DNA of 64,000 nt from Octopus vulgaris (Eukaryota), in assembly GCA_951406725.2 (NCBI GenBank), contig OX597816.1, positions 152,768,001-152,832,000 on the forward strand, read 5' to 3'. The notes beneath the pieces were generated by a model, which worked only from the letters and a program-made list of their open reading frames with translations, did not search any database and was not told where the DNA came from. Below, in pieces: positions 15,026 to 29,723 of the stretch; the stretch's first letter is position 1; each line of letters starts with the position of its first letter. The translations under genes and the position numbers were made by a program.

Positions 15026-15572
15026 TACATTCACACTCATCAAATTGAGATAAAAAAAACAAAAACAATGATTGAATTGAAAGCAAGTATCTCTTGCGTA
15101 CAAGAGAAAAATGCGTTTTAGCATCGAAAGTGAAGGGAGTGTGGGAGTGGCTTTCCCCTTCTATATAATTTATGACATGTAATAATGAAAAATGGTGATT
15201 TGACGTGACTTACTATTGATTTCATGCTTTGGCACAAGACCAAATCTTATGTTAATAAATAATGTTTGTATATTATGTCTTCGATAAACGGCTCCTAATC
15301 TATAGGTAAGGTAAATGAGATATAATCTGTATTAACTTAAGTGAGAGCAGTGGAAATGACCAAGTCAGAGTACTTTATTTCCATCATTTTGTTTCGTCCG
15401 TCTATGTTCTCAGTTGAAATCTTGTTTTCAAAGTGTGAAACAAAAACTATTTATGAAATCACCAGAATGTAACTGTGCTTAGCTCAATCAGTTGTACATT
15501 TTTAATTGTTAAAAAGAAACCGTTCATATATCTGAGAAGTTGCTCGATACTTTTGTAGAGTACGGATTTATT

Positions 15573-15683
15573 CTTAAACAATAAAATTGTTGACAATGAC
15601 TTCGAAGGCAGCAGACTGGCAGTCCGACAATGGCTTATCCGGCCGAAACTTCGAAGTTATTGTCAACAATATTCTTGTTTAAG
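15573..15683 (+). mobile_element. Inverted-repeat relic with core-deleted hammerhead
   Basis: 35-bp arms 15573-15607 and 15649-15683 (3 mismatches); gacaat | ggct-tatcc-ggcc | GAAA cttcgaag TT attgtc; the left arm preserves the GUC triplet. Confidence 0.5.
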
Positions 15684-15724
15684 TGTGTATATATCTATAT
15701 CTATCTATCTATCTATCTATCTAC

Positions 15725-15800
<76 letters not shown>

Positions 15801-16592
15801 ATACAGACATGTAAATGTGTATATGTACTTGTTAGGTACATACAGACACAAATATCCCGTTATATTTATAGTTTTGAAAACTTGTCTGATTGGTTTTCCT
15901 CTAAATGCTACTCCAACGAAACTATGTGCAAATGCACCGAAGATTAAATGCATAACTCTATTCCAATATACAATTATGTATACATTTTTTTTTTAATATT
16001 TCAGATTTAAATAGCCCACATTACGTTCTTTTGTATCTCTTTCAATGTATTTATGTATACCCGTCTCTCTACACTTAGATGTAGACAGTTTTTCAAAGGA
16101 AACTAGGAGTGTCTTGTGTACATTTATACAAACATACACCTTTTTAATCTCCTGAAGATTTTGCTTACTTTCAAAATGGTTTCTAATTTGATTCTTGGGA
16201 ATTATTATAGAATTACTCTCTTCTTATTCTCCGACGAGAATTCAATTTCAACCAGACTTTGTCCTGGGCGATTTAGTATATATAATGTCATTATGATAGT
16301 ATACAAAATATAACTTAGGCACATTTGGATTTGCAAGCTTATCATTGAATAAACATATGGCACGCTATTTGAAAGAGAGAAGTACACATGGTTTTTGCAG
16401 GACATCCTAACTGGCGAGGTCATGCAACTGTCTGTATTAATGCTTGTAACGAAAGTCTGGGATGACAATTCTGTAGGAAAGAAGGTTGAGTGGAGAAATT
16501 ATTATGGAATTTCAGAAATGGTAGTCATTGTTCATATTTCAATCTGGATTTTGTTTAATTTTCCTTGTTTTTCTTTGCAATATATAAAAAAC

Positions 16593-16674
<82 letters not shown>

Positions 16675-16685
16675 CATCATTATCA

Positions 16686-17549
<864 letters not shown>

Positions 17550-18050
17550 CTTGATATCACCATCTTTCTCTACGTTTTCCAGGCTTCATCTTGAATACTG
17601 CTGTCCACTGTGGTCTCTTTACACAAATCAAAACATTATGAGAATTGAAGCAACCAGGATCGATCACAGTAAATAAATAAATGAAAACTGTAAATAAAAG
17701 ACATGCCTTGATTTTTAAGATCTTTTCAAAAAAAGCTTAAATTTTAATGCTTCTAATGTCATCATGAACACTATATCAACTATACAAAGTGAAAACATTT
17801 CTTCAACATTGTACAAACGATGCGGCGTCAAGTTCCCAAGTTACCCAAGACGAAGAACCCTGCCAAACGTCACTTCACAGAAACCAAGCTCACATTACAT
17901 AACAATATTGCAACAAAACCTTATTTTAGCATCAACTTGACCAACTACTCCAATATTATCTCCGAAAAAAAAATCATAGAAGAAAAAGCCCATAATATTC
18001 AACCGATACCAAGACAAGTTCTTCAAAAAAAAATATTACACTATTGACTC
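17550..18050 (+). mobile_element. CR1/L2-like LINE RT C-terminal fragment
   Basis: RLHLEYCCPLWS....IMRIE resembles the RPHLEYCxxVWSP motif; downstream sequence decayed. Confidence 0.55.
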
Positions 18051-18129
18051 CTGGGCACGTTTCGAGTCATCGTGTATATGTATATGTATATGTATATGTG
18101 TGTGTGCGTGTATCGATATGTGAGTTTAT

Positions 18130-18345
18130 GTGTTTTTGTGTCTGTATTTGTTTTCTACCACCGCTTGACAACTGGTGTTGGTGTGCTTAGTTCCCTGTAA
18201 CATAGCGGTTTGGCAAAAGGGACCGTTAAAATAAGTATCAGGCTTTACAAAAAATAAATAAATAAATAGATAAACTAAGTACCTAGGTCGATTCATTCAG
18301 CATGGCCGCAGTCAAATGACTGAAACAAGTAGAAGATAAACGATA
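18130..18345 (+). mobile_element. SINE family B, 3' half
   Basis: ccgcttgacaac...cagcatggccgcagtcaaatgactgaaacaagta. Confidence 0.75.
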
Positions 18346-18469
18346 CAAGATGGCGTTTCAAAACATTGACTTAAAGGATTACTTCAGGTGCTGCTATTAA
18401 GTTAGATATGAACTAGTCCGATATTGGCCAAAACTTAAGTCATCGACGTTATAATGATAATATTTTTTA

Positions 18470-18640
18470 ATATAAGTACAAGGCCAGCAAATTAGAGTGA
18501 AGTGTTTACTTGATTACATCAAACCCAATTATTGACTGGTACTTTAATTTATCAATCGACGAGGATTGAAAGGCAAAATTGATCTACTCAGTATTTGAAC
18601 TCAGAACGTAAAAGAACGTAACTCAACGCTCTACCGAACA
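18470..18640 (-). mobile_element. SINE family A, decayed
   Basis: gattacatc, actggtacttt, gaaaggcaaa and gaactcagaacgt blocks. Confidence 0.65.
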
Positions 18641-18785
18641 ACAGCCACGACAACAACAACGACTAGCACTTGAAAAACTGCCGATAACTTGTGGATACCT
18701 AAAGTTACAGGTAGTAATCCGCTACCCAGATAAATCATACGAAGAATAAGATCGAATCTGGACCAAATCAAAGTAATAATAATTA

Positions 18786-18997
18786 TGATTTCAAATTTTG
18801 GCACAAGACAGGTAGCTTCGAGGGAGGGTGTAAGTTGATTACATCGACCCCAGTACTCAACTGGTACTTATTTTATCGACTCTAAAAGGATGAAAGGCAA
18901 AGTCTACCTCGGTGGAATTTGAACTCAGAACATGAAGACGGATGAAGTGCTGCTAAGCATTTGCCCGTCGTGCTAACGTTTCTGCCAGCTCGCCGCC
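18786..18997 (-). mobile_element. SINE family A
   Basis: Full copy ending ctgccagctcgccgcc, next to (TAA)n. Confidence 0.85.
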
Positions 18998-19001
18998 TTA
19001 G

Positions 19002-19066
<65 letters not shown>

Positions 19067-19067
<1 letters not shown>

Positions 19068-19278
19068 GTTTCAAATGTTGCCACAAGGGAAGCTACTTTA
19101 GGGAAGGAGATGAGTCGATTACATCGACCTCAAAGTTTCACTGGTACTTAATTTATCAATCCCGAAAGGTTGAAAAGCAAGATCAACCTCAGCGGAATTT
19201 GAACTCAAAGCGTAGCGACAGACGAAATACCGCTACGTATTTCGTCCAGTGCTCTAACGATTCTGTCAGCTCGCCGCC
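19067..19278 (-). mobile_element. SINE family A
   Basis: Second full copy in tandem, (TAA)n on both sides. Confidence 0.85.
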
Positions 19279-19292
19279 TCAATAATAATAAT

Positions 19293-19364
<72 letters not shown>

Positions 19365-19989
19365 CTAATGCTAATAATGAAAGGAGTGTGCAACTAGCGG
19401 TAACAACTGTCTATTTGGTGTCGAGTTGAAGTCTGCCAAACATTAAGTGGGATAATCTGTTAGGGGGAAAAATAAATACAAAATAATTAAAAAAAAAGGA
19501 GAAAACGGAAAAGAAACTCAGGTGGAACTCCTTAGAGAGATTATTCAATGAAATGACGTCGGCTTTGACGTTTGCAAAAACGAATGGAGCAAACGACAGG
19601 AGTGAGGGTGTGTATGGGGTCGGGTGAAACTGTTGTTGATAGTGGAGGAGTAACAGGTAGCAGTTTTGTACAGTGCAGTCGGTAGTTGGTAATGGAGGCA
19701 GTGGTGTTGGTGATGGTAGTGTTGGTGATGGTGGCGGGGGCGGTGGTGATGGTGGTATTGATGATGGTGATGTTGGTTTTGATGACAAGTTATTGCAAGA
19801 TGGCCGCACCATGACCATTTCCAAATTATTATTTCATTTCACATTTTGGTACAGTTCTATGTGAAGGCGATTTGGTCGTCGTTTCATGCGGATTGAGTGA
19901 CCACGTGATGATCCCTTCAGTTGTTGTTGTTATTGGTGGTGGTAGTGGGGGGTGGCGGTGGTGGCGGTGGCGGTGGCGGGGATGACGGT

Positions 19990-20965
19990 AAAATCTTTGG
20001 TATTGTTGAATCCCAGTCAGGTGTGAGAGATCCTACCTCTGATCATAGGTATTTCAACAGCGACCGTTTCATCATTTTCCTAGGCAGAGGGCTCGCAGGT
20101 CTACTATCATTTAGTATGCAGAACGCCTCTTTTTCTAGCCATATTGTTGATGTCCAATGCGCCCACATTTCTTATTTTTGAGGACGGTTAGGTGCATGTA
20201 AGAATCTATAATCCGGCTACAAGGGCTGTAAATTACTCAGTTCATCATAAATGTTCTCTTTTGCCATAAGCCTTACATTACATCTGTAGGGTAGCCGAAG
20301 TCTCTCTAGTGGTTGCTTTTTTTACGTTATTGGAGCGAAAAGGTTTAAGGTATTTTCAGTTACGTAAAGGGCCAAATAAGGTGGGGTTAATGGGTTTACC
20401 TCAGCCTTTGTCAGATGCAATTAAGGTATTTAGAAAAGAATATATTAAGAATGTGATACAGACCTAATACTATTCGAATTGAACTTTTGTCTCTGTTTAC
20501 ACCGCATTGTCTAATATAGATTCTATCAGTATCACGGGTGGTAGTTATCAGTGGGGTTAATAGCTTCCTAATCTTGATGAGTAATATCTTCAAGTATCCA
20601 GTCTAGTATCCCTGACACAGTAAAAGCGTTATAACATGTGGCATTACTGAATGTGGACTATTCAGACCTCAATACCTTCTGAAGCATACTGAAGGGTTCT
20701 TTTTGTTAATGTACTCGCAACACCCACGTGTACACTATTCACATGAAATACTTGTAGTATTCATAACTGAAAATGGTAGGATAGAAAGGCCATTGGTGTC
20801 CTTATTCCTCATCTGATCAACAATTATTTTTCGGTTGACGATCAGATGGGAACATTTATTTTGGTGAACCTCCATTTCTGTATCTCGTGAGATTGTTGTG
20901 ACAAGCTGCAACTGTCCCTTGCTGTCATCATTAATATCTGAATACAGTTTCAGGTCACCAAAAAG
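19990..20965 (-). mobile_element. Decayed R4/Dong-like retrotransposon fragment
   Basis: GDLKLYS..QLVTTISRDTEME..NKCS (RT, after the catalytic DD); YNAFTV..GILDWILEDI..IKIRKLL; DTDRIYI; GYPTDV..KENIYDEL..NLQPL*PDYRF, homologous to the 48.1-kb RLE. Confidence 0.75.
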
Positions 20966-21289
20966 ATAATAAAATAAAGAAGAAAAAAAAACAAAAAACA
21001 AAAGTGGTATATGTGACAATAATTTTTCTCCTCTCAACAGATATTAACATGTAGCCTTAATATTTGATCAACACCTGGTGTTAATATTTCTTCTGCATGC
21101 TGTATGCTTTTAGATTTCCTTCAACTGGTGGATAAAATCTTAAACAACGATCAGAAGATCAGCTGATCGAATCAGGGGATGCTGTATTCAGGTGCTGTAC
21201 ACAAGCTAGAGTGGATTTCGTCTTTAATGCTAAATAGCAAAATTAATGGTCATGTTTCAATCGTACTCAGATGGCCGGATTAAGAGTGA

Positions 21290-21356
<67 letters not shown>

Positions 21357-21373
21357 GCATATGTATGCCTATG

Positions 21374-21408
<35 letters not shown>

Positions 21409-21499
21409 ATATATATATATATAATTTGTGGGATATATATAATGACGCTAATTATGAATATCAACATCAACCATGTAGCTGGAGATAATGACAATCACA

Positions 21500-21539
21500 T
21501 TAATATCTGTAGTAGTAGTGGAAGAAGAAGAAGAAGAAG

Positions 21540-21595
<56 letters not shown>

Positions 21596-22430
21596 TCATC
21601 ATCAGCAGCAGCAGATGCAATAGAAATGGCAATGGCAATTATTTGTGTTGGTAATGGAGATGGTAACTGTAGTGGTAGCAGTGATAAGGATAACTGCGGT
21701 GAAAATGGCGGCGGTGGCGGTGCTGCAGCTATTAATGGTGTCAGCAATGGTGCTATGTAATAAGTAATGATACGCGATGGTAACATAGGTGGTTGCAGTT
21801 CTAGCGGCGACGGCGGCGGTGCTGGTAGTAGTGGTGGTGTTGACAATAGCAACAAAGCCAGTGGTAGTTGTAGTGGTGGTGGTAGTTGTAGTGGTGGTGG
21901 TAGTTGTAGTGGTGGTGGTAGTTGTAGTGGTACAGATGATAACAAAGGTTGTGGTCGTTGCAGTGGTGGTGGTGGTGGTGGTGGTGGTGGTGGTAGTGAT
22001 GTTAACAGAGCTGGAAGTGGTCTTGACGATAGTAGTGGATAGTCGTGGTATGATGGTGGTGGTGGAAGAGGTAATTATGTTTGTTTTGACTGAGACAAAG
22101 TTGATGGCGGCGGCGGTATTGGTCGTTTTGGTGGGGATAATAGTAAATATGGTGTGTTGGTTGTTGCGACGATGATGATGGCGATGGAGTAAGGGCAGGT
22201 AACAGAGCTGATGATACTGGCAATTATAATGGAGATGGGGGATGAAGGAAAGGCAGGTAACAGAGTTGATGGTATGATGGCAATTATGGAAATGTTAACG
22301 ATGGTGGCGTTGCTGGTACTGTTATGGTGCTGGTAGTAGTATTGATGGTGGTGATGTTAGTGGTGGTTTAGTAACAGTGGTAGCATGGAGATCGTGGTGG
22401 TCGTTTGTAGCAGCTGTGATGCAGTAGCCG
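21500..22430. repeat. GGT/AGT/GAA-rich cryptic trinucleotide region
   Basis: Includes the 18-bp unit agtggtggtggtagttgt x~4 (21859-21930) and a ~45-bp duplication (22182-22287). Confidence 0.85.
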
Positions 22431-22476
22431 TAAATGCGTGGGACGCATTAGAAACAGAGAAAGAGTAAGAGTAAGG

Positions 22477-22514
<38 letters not shown>

Positions 22515-22538
22515 AAGAGAAAGAGAGATTATGTATGT

Positions 22539-22569
<31 letters not shown>

Positions 22570-23989
22570 AGAGAGATTATGTATGTGAGTGAGAGAGAGA
22601 GAGAAATAGGAGCTAGAGAGAAAGAGAGGGAGAAAAACGAGGAGGAGGGAGAGAAAAAGAGGAGAAGAAAGAGAAAGAGGGAAGTTAAAAAAATGAATTA
22701 GGAGTGGGGGTGGTGGTGGGGTTGTTGATGAGGACAGAGAAAAGCTGTATATTGATTAATTGATATTCATGGACAGGTGAAGGTTTTGTTTCCGCGATAG
22801 TCCGGATGGATGTGTGTATATGCTGCGTGCTGTATTCAGGTGTAAATTTATGTGTATGCGTATGCACACACACACACATAACATACACGCACAAGACACA
22901 CACGCACACGCATGCACACACATCATACATACACACATATATACCATGTGTGCATATGTTTATGTGGAGTAAAAGAGGGAGAGACATGAAGGACTAGGGA
23001 TTAAGAGTAAAAGTGATTGAAACAGAGCCAGAGAAGCGATGGTAAATATTTTAAGAGAAAGAGAAGAGTGAAAAAAAGAAAGAAAGAGAGAGAGAGAGAG
23101 GGGGGAGGGAGAAAGAGAGCGACAAACAGGACAGACAGATATGCAGACGGACAGACAGATAGACAAAGATATATTCAATCAGAGGCACAAATGCAGAGAA
23201 AAGCTTCCAGGAGGATGCGTATGCAAACTTCATTTGTGTGTATAAATAGGCAGCATAATACATATGCTTACGTGCATACATGCATATGCACAGGTACATT
23301 TCAGCACAAACACGCGTGTACGTATTTATATATGTATATATGTGAGTGTATGCATGTAAGTTTGTATGTGCGTATGTGTGTATATGTATGTAAGTATGTA
23401 TGAATGTAGGTAGATAGGCAGACTTGCAGGTAATTCTGGGCCCTCAGTCACTTATGTAGCTTCACAACAAATAAAAAGAGTACACACATTCATTTTAGCT
23501 TTATTTCTCTCGTTTGTACTACCAAATCTACATAACGAATACGAATATTACACACGTACACATACATATACAAGCATCAACGTATGTTTAAGATCGCTTC
23601 GTAACTGCGTGCAGCCGAGTCTGATCTCCTTGTGTGGTACCTTAAACAAGTTTTTCAACCGCAACAATTTTGTAGGTGGAAATTATGCAGAAGCGTATTG
23701 TATATTATATAAAGATCAAAAGTTCTTCTGAACCACAGGATCATAGGGCCGGTTCTCTTGGATTCTGCGGCGCATGTATATTCCCCAACTTCTGGTCAGG
23801 ACATTGCTACGTCGCAAGATGACCCATTTTTAACAGCAGAGTGAAATAAAGAGTTTTGCTCAAGAGCACAACACTTTGCCCGGTCTAGGAATCGAAATCA
23901 CGTTCTTACGATCGCGAGCGCAATATCCTAACCATTAAACCACATCATCTCCTGATATATTATTCGTGGTATTCTGTCGGTTATCACGA

Positions 23990-24343
23990 CGAGGGTTCCA
24001 GTTGATCCAATCAACGGAACAGTGTGCTCATGAAATTAGCGTGCAAGTGGCTGAGCACTCCACAGACACGTGTACTCTTAACGTAGTTCTCGGGGAGATT
24101 CAGTGTGACACAGAGTGTGACGAGGCTGGCCCTTTGAAATACAGGTACAACAGAAACAGGAAGAAAGAGTGAGAAAAAGTTGTGGTGAAAGAGTACAGCA
24201 GGGTTCACCACCACCCCCTGCTTAAGCTCGTGGAGCTTTAGATGTTTTCGCTCAATAAACACTCACAACGCCCTGTCTGGGAATCGAAACCTACGACCAC
24301 GAATCCCTAACTACTGCCCTAACTACTGGGCCATTGCACCTCC
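23990..24343 (-). mobile_element. SINE related to family C
   Basis: Shares ttaacgtagttctc..ggagattcag.gtgacacagagtgtgac.aggctggccctttgaaatac with the 27.2-kb copy; tRNA-like head gggaatcgaaacc. Confidence 0.75.
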
Positions 24344-24435
24344 ACTTATATATTATATTCATGTATGTATATATGTGTATCATGTAGATCTGTGTTGTGT
24401 CCTTTCATATTCCGTAACTTGGTGGTATTACCAAT

Positions 24436-24652
24436 GGCAGAATCGTTAGCATGTCGGGCGAAATGCTTAGCGGTATTTCGTCTGCGTTACGTTGTGAGTT
24501 CAAATTCCGCCGAGGTCGACTTTGCCTTTCATCCTTTCGGGGTCGATAAATTAAGTACCAGTTACGCACTGGGGTCGATGTAATCGACTTAATACCTATG
24601 TCTGTCCTGTTTGTCCCCTCTGTGTTTAGCTCCTTGTGGGTAATAAAGAAAT
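24436..24652 (+). mobile_element. tRNA-like SINE family A with 13-bp flanking direct repeat
   Basis: ggcagaatcgttagc head; B-box-like gagttcaaattcc; tggtattaccaat at 24423-24435 and 24653-24665. Confidence 0.85.
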
Positions 24653-25300
24653 TGGTATTACCAATATAAGTACCTGGCCAAAATATGTAGTGTGGTCGAT
24701 GAGATCGACTAAACCCCGAAGGCGGCATGCCAACATAGGTGGACCCCGTTGGCTGAATCACATACAAGTGGGTATATGTATCTATGTACATACATATACA
24801 ACTACACACACACACTCACAGACACACACACACGTACCTACATACATACATACATACCTACCTACTTACATATATATATATATGTGGTTATATGTATGTG
24901 TGTATGTGTGAGTGTGTATGCGTAGAGTACTTATAAGAAAATGAAAAAGGGAATGATGCAGATATGTATATTAAGATGTTACAAATGCAAAAAAAAAAAG
25001 AAAGAAAGAAAAAAGAGCTGCAACAATCACACAGACAAGATCACCATTGTCATCCACCACGACTACGACCACGACCACCACCAACAAAAACAAATTTAGC
25101 GATTAACTAATCACTTCTACCGCTCCCACCAACGTACCCACCGCCAACAAATATGATAATTTCAATCGCATAAGGTGAAGCAAGGACATGACCGTTGGCT
25201 TTCAAGCAAGGACAGATCAATAGTGAAGATGAAGGTCACTGCAAGGTGGCTTACTACTTCATTTGTTATTTATGGTGGATGCTTTTCTTATTTTCCTACC

Positions 25301-25516
<216 letters not shown>

Positions 25517-25782
25517 GTTTCCTGCGTCGTGTATTAGTCACGGTAATTGCGAGATTTTAATAATTTTACTGTAATTTCTGGTTGATGTTACGTTTGTTTA
25601 TCATTGTCATTTGTCTCTTGAACGATTAATATTTCAAAATATTGGCAGATGAGGGTCGAAGGTGATACTAGTTAACTGAGATTGTTGTCGATCAGATAGG
25701 AGTTTGTAAAGTAAATAGCTACCTCGTATTTCCAAACCTCTTAAAAAAGCAACAAAAGATACTAAGAGGATCACTCTCAAAA

Positions 25783-25909
<127 letters not shown>

Positions 25910-26010
25910 TTATTGATTATCGATTCATCATATCGCCCCTTTCATTCTTTCGCTGTCCCTGTCTGCCTGTCTATCTGCCTGCCTGCCTGCGTGTCCGTCT
26001 GTCTGTCTCT

Positions 26011-26050
<40 letters not shown>

Positions 26051-27113
26051 ATATTTATATATCTACTGGCACATATTAAGAAAAAAGGAGTGAAAGGGAG
26101 ATTGTATGTGAGTGTGTCAGGTCGCTTAGTTACAGGATCGGGTTGCAGGCGACTGACTGGGACTCCTACCAGGTTAGTATGTTGGAAAGGATTCTTAGAA
26201 TCCTAGTTTGTCAAAAAGAAGACCTCTCAAAAGGACGAATGAACTAAATATTCAGTTAACGGTTATCAAAGAATACAGTATGCTGAGTCATAGAAATACT
26301 CGAGCTGCTAAACAAGAATGGTATACGTTATTTAGTGTGGAGTGATGGGGTCCTAGTTTCTGTTAGAACATTTAAGTAAGGGATCGACTCGAACTCCTTA
26401 ATGTGCTGGGGGAGACCTATTAGGGTGAAAAAAAAATCTCTGAATTAAAATCCTAGCAGTCATCCGGGTCCACTCGATAAGAAAATATTAAAAGACTGAA
26501 TACTCTGATTAGTTTTGAGCGATTGATACGGTGCAGTTGTTTCCTTATTTTGTGATATTTGAAACTCTTTGCTTACTCAAAAACTAGACTGGTTGCATTG
26601 CACTTCTTAACAGGCTCTAAACTAGTGACTCTCAACCGTTTTTTTTTTGCCTTTGATTCCTACTTGACTTTGGTGAATTACCATAGCCATTTGCTATTTA
26701 AAATATCCTTTTATATTTTAATATTAAAATATTATTACGGGTTGTATTTAAGATAATTGTCAAAATATTTTGTGTATTGTAGAAGTAAAACAGATTTGTT
26801 TTACATGAATTTTATCAACAAAGTTTCATATGGATTCCCAAGGGTCATATGGACCCTACTCTATGCAAACTGACTCACAGGAAACTTTTGATAATGTAGC
26901 AGCCTGATGTTTTTTTCTATATACGTTCAATAAAGTGCTTTGCTTAATAGTAAGCTTGAAGGATGTTTTTCAGATCTAGAAGTCGTTAGGGGTAGTGACA
27001 CAAAAAGAGCGTGGTGGAACTCAAAATCCACTGTCAGCTATCTCAAGTACATACGTACATATTTATGTACGCATCACACATACACACATATGTGATACGA
27101 TCAACAGAACAGC

Positions 27114-27374
27114 TGATACGATCAACGGAACAGCTTGCTCGTGAAATTAACGTGCTCAGCACATGTGTATCCTTAACGTAGTTCTCAAGGAGATTCAGCG
27201 TGACACAGAGTGTGACAAGGCTGGCCCTTTGAAATACGGGAACTATTCATTTTTGCCAGCTGAGTGGACTGGAGCAACGTGAAATAAAGTGTCTTGCTCA
27301 AAGACACAACGCATCGCCAGGAATTGAACTCACGACCTTACGAGCAGAATGCCCTGACCACTAAGCCACGCGCC
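27114..27374 (-). mobile_element. tRNA-like SINE family C
   Basis: ccagctgagtggactggagcaacgtgaaataaagtgtcttgctcaa...gaattgaactcacgacc...ccactaagccacgcgcc; 21-bp tandem duplication at its 3' end (27093-27134). Confidence 0.8.
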
Positions 27375-27468
27375 TTCACTGTGATATATGCACATATATT
27401 TATAAATATAAATCGTGCTTATACACATGCGTACATACATTTATATAAACATGATACATATGCACATC

Positions 27469-27522
<54 letters not shown>

Positions 27523-27529
<7 letters not shown>

Positions 27530-27784
27530 GCAGAAAGGAGGAATTTCGATTATCCCCACGTGGTGAGTTGTAATAATAAGAAATTTAAAAAAGGAAAATA
27601 CACACACTTTACATAGTTTTAATATAATTTTTAATATATCGACCGGTTTCGCTTTCGCTATTCATGATATTATGGTTTACTTATTTGAATATGTATTTTC
27701 TTAAGAAGAAATTTTGTCCATGTTGTGTGTGATGATATTTACGAGTGAATGACTGCATATTTTTCTACATGTGCAGTCATTCAC
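27523..27784 (-). mobile_element. PLE-like 3' end relic abutting (TA)n
   Basis: Hammerhead followed (minus strand) by a ~110-bp tail and then (TA)n; the far end is a 16-bp-arm hairpin at 27745-27784. Confidence 0.5.
27636..27670 (-). ncRNA. Minimal type I hammerhead with A3-U8 core variant
   Basis: Minus strand: atatc ATGAATA gc-gaaa-gc GAAA ccgg TC gatat. 5-bp stem I, 2-bp stem II with GNRA loop, palindromic ACCGGT stem III, GUC triplet. Confidence 0.65.
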
Positions 27785-27945
27785 CATCGACTCCAGTACT
27801 TGACTGGTACTTCATTTTATTGACTTCGACAGGGTAGAAAGCAAAGTTGACCTCTGTTGGATTTGGAATCAGAATGTACCGAGCTGGAAGAAATACCATA
27901 ACGTATTTCTTCCGATCCTCTAACACTTTTGCTACCTTTCCGTCC
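27785..27945 (-). mobile_element. SINE family A, decayed
   Basis: catcgactccagtacttgactggtact...aaaggcaaagttgacct. Confidence 0.65.
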
Positions 27946-27955
27946 TAAATAATAT

Positions 27956-28340
27956 TCTTTTACTTGTTTCAGTCATTTGACTGCAGCCATGCTGGAGCAC
28001 CGTCTTTATTCGAACAAATCGACCTCAGGACTTATTCTTTGTAAACCTAGTACTTAGTCTATCGGTCTCTTTGCCGAACTGCTAAGTAACGAGAACATAA
28101 ACACACCAACGTCGGTTGTCAAGCGACAGTGAAGGGACAAACACAGACACAGACACAGATACACACACACACACACACACATATGTATATGATTGGCTTC
28201 TTTCAGTTTCCTTCTACCAAATCCACTCACAAGGCTTTGGTTGGCCCGAGGCTACAGTGCCCAAGGTGCCACTCAATGGGACTGAATCTAGAACCATGTG
28301 TTGGGAAGCGAGCTTCTTACCACACTGCCACGCTTGCGCC
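27956..28340 (-). mobile_element. tRNA-like SINE family B with internal (CA)n
   Basis: ttacttgtttcagtcatttgactgc...accaaatccactcacaaggctttgg...gggactgaa...gcgcc; repeated throughout the window. Confidence 0.85.
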
Positions 28341-28345
28341 TATAG

Positions 28346-28545
28346 CTCCTAATTTAGGCACAAGGACAATAATTTTAAGAGGGAGGGGGTTAATCTATAC
28401 CATTGACTTCAGTACTTCACTTGTACTCTATTTCATCAACCCTTTAGAGGACGAAAAACAACAAAGTTGGTCGCTTCGGGATTTGAAACCAGAACGTAGA
28501 GATCAATAGCAAATACTGCAAGGCATTTCTTCTCCACCCTAACAG
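28346..28545 (-). mobile_element. SINE family A, decayed
   Basis: ggcacaagg...cagtact...gatttgaaaccagaacgta. Confidence 0.55.
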
Positions 28546-28970
28546 TCTACTGTCTTTCAGTTGTAGCAGTGATAATGAGGATGATGATGATGATAAACAA
28601 GAAAAATAACAAAGAATACAAAAAAAAATGGGTAAATAAGAAAAAAATGCAATAAAGAAAAGAAATTTTGTTTTTGGTCTGATTTCTTTTTTTATGACTT
28701 CGTTTTACATTTTTCATGTTTTATTAATTAGGTGACAGTTTGGGATTTTCTCATAGAACGTTCTGGTTGTTCTCAAGACAATCGCGGAAATTGTCAAAAG
28801 ATTGTGACTATTTTCAGATCATTTCAAAAGAATTGGAACTTTGGCTCATTTAATAATTTCCAAATTCATGTTTATGGGATGAGAAATGTTGATAGTGGCT
28901 GAGAAAGTGGATAATGAAGGTTAAAAGAAATAACAAAAAAATAGGAGAAAAAACGTTGAAAGCAGACAAA

Positions 28971-29015
<45 letters not shown>

Positions 29016-29175
29016 AAGAGAAAGAGAGTGAGATAAGGAAAGAAAGTAAAATCGAAAGAGAATAACTTTCTGTACCTCCCGTTGTGTAATCTTTTGTTTG
29101 CTGTGTTTATATTCTCCTGTGATTGAGGATAGGCGGCAGATTTGGCGAAAAAGAGCAATGCTTTATTGTACTCAA

Positions 29176-29292
<117 letters not shown>

Positions 29293-29338
29293 CATACATA
29301 CATACATACATACAAATATATACATACGTATATATATA

Positions 29339-29387
<49 letters not shown>

Positions 29388-29656
29388 ATACACTCATATA
29401 TATATATACCTACATACATACAAACATACACATATAATGTTTGTTTGTTTGTATGTCTATGTGCGTATGTATGCATATTATCTACACTTGGGCACAATTC
29501 ATGTGAAAGTGTAAGTGGTGTGAGTATGTATGCACATATGTGTGTGTGCATGTGTGTGAGTGATGTCGGTGGTGGTGTGCATGTGTGTGTGTGTGTATGC
29601 ATACTTTATTTTCATTTGAAGTTTATATGTGTATGAGAACGTTTTTGTCAGATTGT

Positions 29657-29723
<67 letters not shown>

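Noticed and set aside
20100-20600. First read as a PLE GIY-YIG endonuclease (RIYI, RCNVRL)
   Set aside because: Aligns better with the R4/Dong post-RT and RLE region seen at 48.1 kb.
21448-22223. Gly/Ser/Cys-rich and Pro-rich ORFs
   Set aside because: Translations of GGT/AGT cryptic repeats with stops in all frames and no splice or domain support.
24436-24520. tRNA gene candidates in SINE heads
   Set aside because: A/B-box-like motifs are present, but no cloverleaf forms and each continues into a SINE body.
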